Source of the DNA: Candidatus Omnitrophota bacterium
Lineage (GTDB): Bacteria > Omnitrophota > Gorgyraeia > Tantalellales > Tantalellaceae
Reading direction: 5' to 3'
Assembly: GCA_014728045.1 (NCBI GenBank)
Contig: WJMH01000006.1
Span: forward strand, 52,738-116,737
Length of the DNA: 64,000 nt
Shown: positions 45,930 through 55,500 of the stretch, piece by piece
Position numbering within the stretch: the first letter of the stretch is position 1
Layout: each line of letters begins with the position of its first letter
Made by a program: the position numbers and the translations under genes
Notes under the pieces: generated by a model
The model's database searches: none
What the model was told of the DNA's origin: nothing
Seen by the model: the letters and a program-made list of their open reading frames with translations, nothing else

Positions 45930-46070
45930 TTGACAACTGGAAGAGTTTTGATAAAATGTTTATGTCAATAAAACGCGGATCCATTTCTGGATTTTCCGCG
46001 GTAAAGGCGGGTGAACATCCCCTACCCTCACCCGCCTTTTTATTTTATGTTACATTTGATTTTTTGTCAA
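45930..46070. ncRNA. Candidate sense/antisense small RNA pair (two hairpins between facing promoters)
   Basis: Plus promoter TTGACA-N16-TAAAAT (45930-45957) and minus promoter TTGACA-N17-TAAAAT (46070-46042). Hairpins CGCGGA-TCCA-N4-TGGA-TTT-TCCGCG and AAAGGCGGGTGA-N13-TCACCCGCCTTT, each followed by a T run in one direction. Confidence 0.45.
46003..46046 (+). terminator. Terminator-like hairpin
   Basis: Perfect 12-bp stem 46003-46014/46028-46039, followed by TTATTTT. Confidence 0.6.
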
Positions 46071-46113
46071 TTTATTTTTGGTTTTCCGTCATATAGGCCT
46101 TTTGCTTATTATG

Positions 46114-46142
46114 TTGCCTGCGGGGTTCTGTGTCCGTATAAT
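46114..46142 (+). promoter_or_regulatory. Sigma70 promoter for the GH1 gene (probably leaderless)
   Basis: TTGCCT-N17-TATAAT, 7 nt before ATG 46150; no SD sequence. Confidence 0.6.
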
Positions 46143-46149
46143 ATAAAAT

Positions 46150-47430
46150 ATGAAAGCCGATTTCCCTGAAGATTTCCTGTGGGGCGCCGCAACAAGCGCG
46201 CATCAGGTAGAGGGCAACAACTTCTTTAACGACTGGTGGCGGTGGGAACAAGAGGGACACACCTCTGCCTCCGGAAAGGCCTGTGACCACTACCATCTCT
46301 TCAAGAAGGATTTTCATCTAGCCAGAGAGCTGGGGCATAACGCACACAGGCTTGGCATAGAATGGAGCCGTCTGGAAAAGGAAGAAGGTACTTGGGACTA
46401 TAAAGAATGGGAACACTACAAGACCGCACTGGATGAACTTATCTCTCATGGCATAGAACCGATAGTAACGCTCCATCACTTCACCCTTCCCCTGTGGCTG
46501 TCAGATAAAGGCGGCTGGAGAAGCGATGAATCGGTCGACCGATTCTCGCGTTTCGCCCTTAAGGCCATTGAACAGCTGGGTAGCCGCACCAGATACTGGA
46601 TCACCATAAACGAGCCCAATATACTCGCCGTACTGGGTTATTTCTGGGGTAAGTGGCCCCCCTGCAAAAAGGATTTACCCCAGATGCTTCTCGTTTTACG
46701 TAACATGCTGAAAGCGCACTCACAGGCTTACCGGATCATGCACCTTCATTCGAAGGAACACCCCGGGATCAAGCCGCCCAGCATAGGCATCGCCAAAGCG
46801 GTCACGGCCTTCCACCCCGCGCATCCCTTTTCGCCGCTGGACCGGCTCTACGCATGGTCGAGGAACAGGTTCCATAACCATTCTTTCATAAAAAGCGCGA
46901 TCAGGGGAAAAGTGCTTATCCCAGGTCTCGCCCGTGAAAGACTCCCCTGGAGGGATTCCGTTGACTTCATCGGACTGAATTATTATTTCAGGCAGTTCAT
47001 CAGGGCGAACAGGACCGCCAACAGCTTCCCCTTCGGTGAAGTCCAGCCGCCCGGGGAGCGTGAGGATACGGGGCCGGTAACGGACATGGGATGGGAAGTA
47101 TATCCGGAAGGGCTTTACGAAACGGTCAGAGATATGAGCCGATACGCTAAGCCTATCATGATAACCGAGAACGGAGTCGCTACCGCTGACGACGAGCTGA
47201 GGTGCCGCTTCATAAAGGAACACCTCGAACAGCTCTCGAACGCCGTCGCCGAGGGCTATTTAGTGATCGGCTATATCCACTGGTCGCTGCTGGATAACTT
47301 TGAATGGGCCGAAGGGTTCAGCAAGCGTTTCGGTCTTGTCCGCGTGGACTTCTCCAACATGGAAAGAGAGATAAAGCCTTCGGGAAGATATCTTGCCGGG
47401 ATCATTGCCACGGGAACGATCTCTGATTAA
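46150..47430 (+). CDS. Glycoside hydrolase family 1 (beta-glucosidase-like)
   Basis: FP..FLWGAATSAHQVEG, TINEP (acid/base), ITENG (nucleophile) and WSLLDNFEW motifs. Confidence 0.96.
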   Translation: MKADFPEDFLWGAATSAHQVEGNNFFNDWWRWEQEGHTSASGKACDHYHLFKKDFHLARELGHNAHRLGIEWSRLEKEEGTWDYKEWEHYKTALDELISHGIEPIVTLHHFTLPLWLSDKGGWRSDESVDRFSRFALKAIEQLGSRTRYWITINEPNILAVLGYFWGKWPPCKKDLPQMLLVLRNMLKAHSQAYRIMHLHSKEHPGIKPPSIGIAKAVTAFHPAHPFSPLDRLYAWSRNRFHNHSFIKSAIRGKVLIPGLARERLPWRDSVDFIGLNYYFRQFIRANRTANSFPFGEVQPPGEREDTGPVTDMGWEVYPEGLYETVRDMSRYAKPIMITENGVATADDELRCRFIKEHLEQLSNAVAEGYLVIGYIHWSLLDNFEWAEGFSKRFGLVRVDFSNMEREIKPSGRYLAGIIATGTISD

Positions 47431-48372
47431 TCAGACGAAGACCTTCTGGTACTCTCCCTCTATCAGTTCGATCTCTTCCGCCTGCAGCTGCCAGTCGGCC
47501 GCCTTTATGTTCTGCTCCAGCTGCTTCTTGTTACGGCAGCCTACTATGCAGCTTGCTACTTCATCGTGGCTGAGAACCCAGTTTATCGCGACCTCAGGAA
47601 CCGCGACCTTGCGCTTTTCGGCTATCTGGGACAGCACGGAAAGGACCGGTCCGGCTTTTTGCCAGAAAGGCTCGCTATAATATTTGTAGAAGAAGCTTCT
47701 CACGTCCCCCTTCGGGAAGCTTGTGCTGGAATGGTATTTACCCGTTAGTATGCCTCCGCCCAGAGACCCGTAGGTAAGGATCGAGATACCTTTTTCCGAA
47801 CAGAACGGAAGCAGTTTCTTCTCGATATCCCTGGAAAAAAGCGAATACTGGACCTGATCACTCACAACCGGCAGTATCCCGAGGGCCCTTTCCAGTATCT
47901 CCTTATCGAAATTGGAAACCCCTATATATCTTATCCTGCCCTTATCCCTCTGCCTGATAAGTTCCCGGAAGGTCTCCTCAAGTGGCGTATTAGGATCCGG
48001 CCAGTGGCACTGGTATAGATCGATCGTATCGAGGCCAAGCCTCCCGAGCGAGCCTTCTATCTCTTGGCGTATGAATCCGGCGCTTAGATTGGGTCTTATG
48101 GAGCTGCCTTTCTGCTCAAGGCCTGTCTTTGTGGCTATTACAACATCCCCACGCCTGCCTTTTATGGCCCGGCCTATCACCTTCTCGGACCTTCCGCTCC
48201 CGTAAATGGGTGCGGTATCAATGAAGTTCACTCCTCTATCTATCGCTTCGCGCACCACCTTGACCGACTGGTCGTCACGGACCTCGCCCCAGCAGTCGCC
48301 TCCGAATACCCACGACCCAAGACATATACTGGAAACTTCAAGTTCGGTCTTCCCTATTTTTCTGTATCTCAT
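47431..48372 (-). CDS. Aldo/keto reductase
   Basis: DTAPIYG.G.SE, IATK, IDLYQ.HWPD, IGVSNF and GILTGKY motifs. Start placed at ATG 48372, after AAAGGTG. Confidence 0.94.
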   Translation of the reverse strand: MRYRKIGKTELEVSSICLGSWVFGGDCWGEVRDDQSVKVVREAIDRGVNFIDTAPIYGSGRSEKVIGRAIKGRRGDVVIATKTGLEQKGSSIRPNLSAGFIRQEIEGSLGRLGLDTIDLYQCHWPDPNTPLEETFRELIRQRDKGRIRYIGVSNFDKEILERALGILPVVSDQVQYSLFSRDIEKKLLPFCSEKGISILTYGSLGGGILTGKYHSSTSFPKGDVRSFFYKYYSEPFWQKAGPVLSVLSQIAEKRKVAVPEVAINWVLSHDEVASCIVGCRNKKQLEQNIKAADWQLQAEEIELIEGEYQKVFV

Positions 48373-48461
48373 GTTTTCACCTTTCTTTGGGCGTTCCGGA
48401 TAATTATACCTTAAAACAAGGCCGGCTTGCATGTTCTTTTGCCTTGTGGTACCTTTTAACC

Positions 48462-48935
48462 ATGAATAAGACCCTCCGTCTTGCGACGATCACCGGCTTT
48501 TTAAATACTGCGGCCTTTGTGGCCGTTTGTCAACTTTTCGACAGTGATTTCGCTAATTCCACCATCGACTGGTTCTCGTTCGCCGCGGGGATCTTCCTGG
48601 CAGCCGACGGCGTCTATCGTATCAGAAAGCACAAAGCAGACCATCTGCCCGTGCAGATATCCCGTCTCGTGCGGATACTCATAGGAGCGGACATCTTCAT
48701 CATCCACCTTATCCAGTTCTTCTGGGGGATCGACGCCCAGGTCCTGGACACCCCGCTAAGACAGACTCTTATAGACTGGACGGCTTTCTCCTTCGGGATA
48801 TTCCTTTTCGTCGAAGCGGCCATCAGGCTGTTCACCGCGCAAGAAAGGTCTTTTGCCGACCAGCTGTCGAGAATTGTAAGAACGGTGACCGGCACCTCGG
48901 TATTCACCATTCATCTTCTTCAATTCATGCGCTAA
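48462..48935 (+). CDS. Hypothetical membrane protein (about 5 TM) with internal duplication
   Basis: Hydrophobic; two copies of IDW..F..GIFL......R....Q.SR.VR...G...F.IHL.QF. Start placed at ATG 48462, after TTGCAT-N17-TACCTT. Confidence 0.8.
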   Translation: MNKTLRLATITGFLNTAAFVAVCQLFDSDFANSTIDWFSFAAGIFLAADGVYRIRKHKADHLPVQISRLVRILIGADIFIIHLIQFFWGIDAQVLDTPLRQTLIDWTAFSFGIFLFVEAAIRLFTAQERSFADQLSRIVRTVTGTSVFTIHLLQFMR

Positions 48936-49414
48936 CTCCACCACGAGCCGTAAAATCCATGGTCCTGTTCCGGTTCGTGCATGATAAGCCCGGCGACCGC
49001 TTCCTTGGTCATTTCCCTCATATATAGAAGCGCTCTTTCCCGGGGAACCGTGTGCTCGAATGTATTCCAGTCGATCTTTCTCTGTTTCATGCGCAGAAGC
49101 TTGTATAGCTCTCTCAATCTCTCCCCAGGCCAGTCATCCAGGTCAATATGGCGATACCGGTATTCCAGGATACCCGAGGCGCTGATCTCGTCCGATCTTC
49201 TTTTCTTCGATAAGCTGAGTAATTTTTCGAGAGTCACTTCCCGGGCCACCTTGTCTTCCCAGGCATCCGGATGAGTGTTATTAACGGATGCTATGAGGCT
49301 GATGAGTTCTTTATCGGAGAGACTCCTCGTGTAGCTGAGGACTTCCCCGGCTTTAGATCCCTCAGGGAGGAAAACAATGACAAGACATAGAAGCGTGGCC
49401 AGGAAACTTTTCAC
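48932..49414 (-). CDS. Hypothetical exported protein
   Basis: GTG start; signal-like MKSFLATLLCLVIVFLPEGSKA; fills the gap downstream of the second giant gene. Confidence 0.6.
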   Translation of the reverse strand: MKSFLATLLCLVIVFLPEGSKAGEVLSYTRSLSDKELISLIASVNNTHPDAWEDKVAREVTLEKLLSLSKKRRSDEISASGILEYRYRHIDLDDWPGERLRELYKLLRMKQRKIDWNTFEHTVPRERALLYMREMTKEAVAGLIMHEPEQDHGFYGSWWS

Positions 49415-49525
49415 GAATGATTCTCGATTATCTTCAGGGCTTACTGTTTATTGATCATCGTGAATATTATACTACCTGAGCCACATGAGCCAAGATAAAT
49501 ATTGAAAAGCGTCTTTAAAGAGGGA

Positions 49526-52500
49526 TTAGAGCGACCTGAGTATCTCATCCTGAGCAGCCTTCCAGTCGCGAATCTGCTCGTAATCAACAGGCCGTATCCT
49601 CAGTTCTACCAGGCCATCCAGGATCTTATCCAGTATATCCGGGTCCTTATCAAGATCTATCGCGGAGGGATCGGTTACCAGCGCCTTGATCAGGGCAACT
49701 AGGCGTTTCTCAGCTTCCGGGGTGAACAGGTCCGTCTGCTTGAACCTTTCATAATTCAAAAGGGCTTTACCCAGCACAACATGCATGACCTCGTCCACCG
49801 CCCCGTCATCGGGTATACCTCCCACCCTCACGACGACTACCCTTTCTGCCAGGCCTTCAAGCTCCATATCCCTGAGGGTCTCATCCAGAAGGTCCTCCAC
49901 CAGTGAATAGCGTTCCGCCGGAGCGTATATTATGGCCCTCGGCATTTTGTCCGAGTACTCCGGACGTGTCATGTTCTCAAGGAACTTTTCGAAAACTTCT
50001 CTGAGATTGGCTTTAAGCGCCCGGTCGGTCATATCCGCCCGGTAGGCATATCCGTCAGTGATGGTCTCCGAACCGTATTTTCTGCGGAAGAGCCTGGCGG
50101 CGCTACTGTCTACCGAAGGCTTTGCCGACATCATCATACGTTCATTGGCCGGGGTCACTATCCAGTCGACGACCCCCGCGAAAAAGTCCTCGACAGCATC
50201 TTTCGCGGCATTGATCTGGGCCTTTCCTGAACGGGCGTTTTCGCCTACAGCTTCCATGTCCTGCCGGGAATAAACTTCTGTGAAGCCATGTGCGGCTTCC
50301 TGTGAAAGACTGAGATTATGAAGAAGAAGGATGTATTCAGCGGCGACAGTATCCGGGATGATGCCGTATTCCATATCATCGAATGAACGTACGTTCACAA
50401 GGTCCACCCTGAAAGCCCTCTGGGCATCTTCAGTTACAACGAACTGCCCCAGGTGCATATCACCGGCGATCATCCCGTGTGTGTGCAGGGTTTTAAGCGT
50501 CCGCCCCACCGCTCTTCCAAGTTCCGCAAGACGCGCCTTCTCTCCGGAGTCCTGGAGGTCCAAAAGGCGCTTCTGTGCATTATTGCCTATCCAATCCGAC
50601 ATGAAAGGTATAAGAGAAGTATAAAGAAGCGTCCTGAATTCATCCCGGTCCGCGCCGAGTTCGGAAGCGGCACGATCATAATCTCCCAGATCGTTCAGTT
50701 CAACAAGCTCGAAAAGCCCCTCTTCAGCGCCTCTTCTGAGAAGGCTTATCGTCCCGGCTGGAAGCTCTTCCTCGCTCTTGCGTTCTATGTTAGGGCCTCT
50801 TTTCCACATGGTGGTCATCGGCAGATAAACCTTTCTTACCGGCGGGACCACCATCGTGCCATCTGGATTACGCAGGCGTAAAAGCTCCAGGTAGTTCCTT
50901 ATGATCCTCTCATCGGGCGCGATACCTCTCATATGGACGGCCTCCTGCTCATATTCCATCGGGTACCCGCGCCCCAGGATCATCGCGCTGAATGGTTCAG
51001 TAATTATAGGCGAGACGGCGCCTTCTGCGGGTACGGCCGTTATGGCTTCTTCAGGAGGACCGCGTCGTTCTTCGACCTTCGCAAGGTACGAACCAAGACT
51101 CTTCATGAAAAGCTCCGAAAATGGCATAAGAGCGGGCATCATCTCCTCGGTCGTCCCGGAAAAACTGACACCCATCGGATAAAGCACGTTCCGGAACCCT
51201 CCTCTATAATTGAAATCGGAGAAGATCCCAGCCATCGCCTGCGGATCCTTCCGTTCGATCGGGCTGTAATGGTCGTAGACCTCCTTCAAAAGTTCAATAC
51301 CCTGACCTTCCGCCAGGTCGGGATTCTCGGCCACGGCCTCAAAGATAAAATGATTGTTCTCAGGTTCTCCGCCGATAGTGGGTTTACCGGTCTCGTCCTC
51401 GGTCTTCTCAAATAATCCGTACTGTGCCATTAAAGTGGCGAGAAAGATCATTTTATGCCTTGCCCTAGCTCCTTTTTTCTCTATATTTTCCGCGGCTTTA
51501 CCTGTAACATGAAGCCTCCGGTTGCCTATATCCACCATTACCACTTCGCCGTTATCCCGCACCACAAAGTTGCCGCCGTGTATATCAAGAGGTACGTACC
51601 CGTTAAGTCCTACCGCTATGGAAAGAAGCACCTCCACTATTTTCTTTCTCATGTTCAGCGTAAGCTTCCCTTCCCTGGCAAGCTGGGTGGCGGTCTTGCC
51701 CTCGATGAATTCTTCAGTGAACCACTTTTTACCGTTCCATGTCCTGGTCGCGCCGAACCGTGGCACTACCTGTTCCCGGCCCTCCTGAAGCTGGTCGAGT
51801 TCCCTTATCTCCGTGAACGCTATATCACCTACAAGCTTTTCGGTCTTTGTAGCAACGGCCATAGTATAGGTCCGGGCCTTGTCCGGAGAAGAGAATTCTA
51901 TCCTGAAAACATGTTTATTGCTTCCCTCCAGATGATCGGTGATATAAACATCCTTGCCGATATCCCCGAAATCGAGATTCTCGTTCCCGGAGATCTTCCT
52001 TAACTCGTCCACTAGTTTATTCCTGGTAAGGCCTTCCAGATAATCTTTGGCCATCATCGCCAGGTCCATGTATCTTTCCATTTCCTCGGGGGTCTGCGTG
52101 TCGGGATCGGCACCGGTTATCAATACATTCATCTCAGCGCCTACATAACGGCCCCTGTAAAGATCTGCCACATCTTCCATATCCAGCCTTATCAGGTCGC
52201 CCTCACCCTGCCTGAGCATGAAGGACCTCTCCTGTCCGGTCCCGACCCGGTAGCATATGACTATCCTGTCATCGGCGCCGGTACTATCGCGCCTGTAGCG
52301 TATGAAATCCCTCAGGCCTCTTGCGGCAAGCTCCGGGTCCATATCCTGGGCTTCCCACGCCTCAGATGGCACCCTTTCTTTGAGTATGCTGGCGATCTGC
52401 TCCGTCTTGATCTTTTCGGTGAGAGCCCTGTCCATAAATGGAAAGACCTCCCTCTGAAAAGCCCTTAGAAGGTAATGGGGGTTCGCCGGGTCTTTCATTG

Positions 52501-55500
52501 CCTGGGCAAGGGGTTCGCCTTCCAGCATCATCGGTTCGCCCACCGCCTCCCCGTCAAGATAAAGCGTCAGCCTCCCCCCATCGAACACAGGTTTCAATAC
52601 CGGTGCCTCCCCGTCTTCTCTTGGCTGTATAAGATATTCGCCCAGCTCATGCAGCCACGCAAGGTCATACTGGGCCACGCTCTCGTTGACGATGATCATG
52701 TTCTCGTCCGGACTGCTGGAAGCCCAACCGAAAACATCAGCCACCAGATCCTCCGCGCGATAGGTGTAGAATTCCGGCAGGCGTCCGCTGTCGGATCTGT
52801 CGATAAAATCAATAATGGCGTTTATGTATGAAGCGTAGTTCTCTTTATCCGGCGGCAGGTTGTCCCTTGCAAGAGAGAGGAACTCCTTCAGCGAATCTAT
52901 GTCTCCGGTATCCCTGCCGGTGCTCCTGGTGATCTCCACCTCTTTGCGCACTATTTTCTTTTTTCTTCCCTCTGTTGTTTCAACCACCATGAATTTTTTA
53001 CCGCCGGACTCTTTTATACCAACCACATTGGCAAGTTTGCCGATCTGCGGGGATACTCTGTCTCCCATGCCTTCGGCGGGAAGAATATCATCCAGCCCCG
53101 GTGGCAGCGGTTTGGGAGCTATATCCTCAAGTTCCTCGGCTGAATCCACTCCCGCCAGAATAAGTTTCGCTTCTTTGACGGTATCCGCTCCGCCCCTGTC
53201 TAGAGCATCGGTCCATCCCTGCTGTATGAATATATTCTCTGTCAAGAGCGCGGCCACCAGCTTCTCAAGGGGCGTCTTGGCCTGGCGCTGGATACGCCTT
53301 ATGACCAGATCCCGGTCCTGGACCCACCGGACCATTGCAGGCGAAACCCCACGCTTTGATTCGGCGAGAATCTCCTGGTAGGTCTGGTCGGACATGGTAT
53401 AGGGATTCTTGCCTTCGTTCATAAGTTCGTAAAGTATATGTCCCAGCGCGAACAGGTCCGTTTTGGGTTTAACAACACCCTCTATCATGGATTCGGAGGA
53501 GATATACCCGGGAGTCCCGATGAACCGGCCCATACCGAATTCTACTTCTCCTTCGGGCGCGTACACGGACAACCCGAAATCAGTTATCTTGAGCTTCCCC
53601 TCGGAAAGCAGTATATTATTGGGCTTGATATCGCAATGCAGTATCCCCCTTTCATGCAGCTCGCCGATCGCCTCAAGAAGTTCTTCGGCAACGGACCTGA
53701 CCTCTTCGTCCCTGAACCTGTCCCCGATACGCTTTTTAAGGTTCATTATGTCCCAGAGCGAGCCGCCTTCGGCGTATTCCTGTATCATGTAATAGTATCG
53801 CTGGCCGTTGAGCTTGTATGTGCCGAGCTCATAAGCATCAATGACGCTGTCATGGTCCTCAAGATGCCTCATCGTAAGATATTCGTTGAAGAACTTTAAT
53901 ACCACCTGGGGTGCAGCCCCCGGCAGAAGTACCTTAACCGCCACTTCCGAGCCATCGGGGGTCTCGCCCTTCATCACCGCCCCGAAACCGCCGGCTCCGA
54001 GCGCTTCCTTTAACCGGTATTCACCTGTTACTCCCTGTATGGATTCCGGGATGGCTATCTGGCGAACGGTCCCGCCGTGAGAGGGCACTCCTATCTGCTG
54101 CTCGCCGATCATCTTAGATCCCGAGATGATCTTATCGGCAATTATATCCGTGAGCATTTCCGCACCGGCCGAGCCCAGCTCACGCAGGTCCGCGCTCAGT
54201 ATGTCCCTGGTCTCTTCAAGGGTAAGTTTTACCGGAGCCCTTACCGGCTCGGCAGCAGGCGTTTCTATCCCGGTAACAACTTCGAGCATGGCCAGCTTTG
54301 CCGGGATCATGCTTTTTCTGTTCCTCTTCAGGAATTCTTTCACCGCCTCGTCTATCGCGCCTGTAAAATATTCGGCTTCATCCGTGCCGGGCTCAACGCC
54401 GAAGGTCTCATTGAGCCACAGGTCCACGAGGCTCTTGAAATCAGTGAAATCCAGCTCCATAAGCGCTCCGGCGTCAACGATGTAAACATCCTCTGTCTCC
54501 GGCTGCTTGACGAAATTCGACCCCTTAAGGTCGTACATCGTCCAACCGGTACCTGTTGTCATGTCAAAGCTGCTCAGCCACAGGTCCACAAGGCTTTTCA
54601 CCGCTTTCCGGTACATCGGCCGCTTCTCTTCGTCAGGCACTTTATCCAAGTCCACTCCGTCGACGTAATCGCCCACCGTGAAGCCGTATATATCACTGCT
54701 TTTGAGTATTCGGGAGATGAACGCGTCAAGCTGTTCGTTTATGAAATACGCGCTTTGCGTCCTTAAGGTCTTCTCCCCTGTCCGGTTGGCCAAAAAGAAC
54801 GCCACTTCCTCGTTGGTGAGGGCCTTTATCCTCTCCAGGTCCTTGATGTCCCTTGGCGTGAGCAGCCTCAGGCTGAACGTGTAAGTTCCCGCGTCTGTTC
54901 TGGCCTGCACGCGGAAGACGCTGTTGAAATCGCCTCTTCCCACGAAACTAACGTTCTCAACGACGAACAAGTCGAAATCTATGCCCTTAAGGTCGGATAC
55001 GTCTTTTCGGATCCGGTCGAGTTTTACGGCAAGTATATCAATAAGGACATCTTTCATGTCCTCCGGGTCATCAATGCCCTCTATGCCCGAAACAAATTCA
55101 TCCAACCCCTCCCAGAGAGTATCGGGTGATACCACCGCCTCGCCCAGCTTCAGGGTCGGCAAAAATCTGTTGAGTCCCACAACGGCAAGATTCGCGATAC
55201 TGTGGTTCAGGATAGAAAGGCCCATGAAAGCGACCGGTCCCGCCGAAAGGAAGGGCAGGATAACTGCGTTGGCCACGGCTACGAGCGAAGGGACCAGAAG
55301 AACCCTGAATACCTCCGGCGGGGAACGGGTTCCCCTCGTGTGATCCAAGACGAATTTTCCGGCCATGAACACCTGAGGTATTATCATGCCGTGCATTATG
55401 AGGAGCCAATCAAGCCCGGAAGTAAGGATATATGACAGGGCCGCTGTCACCAAAAGCGGAAGCCCCCTGTAGAGCGCCTCTTCGGCTACAGGCGCGGCTA

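Noticed and set aside
45892-45984. Upstream ATG start for the propeller protein
   Set aside because: The extension overlaps promoter and hairpin elements; ATG 45891 has an AAGGAG RBS and begins a signal peptide.
45965-46040. c-di-GMP-I or fluoride riboswitch; type I toxin
   Set aside because: The GAAA hairpin lacks the GEMM consensus and second stem, the fluoride pseudoknot is absent, and the 17-aa peptide is hydrophilic, unlike type I toxins.
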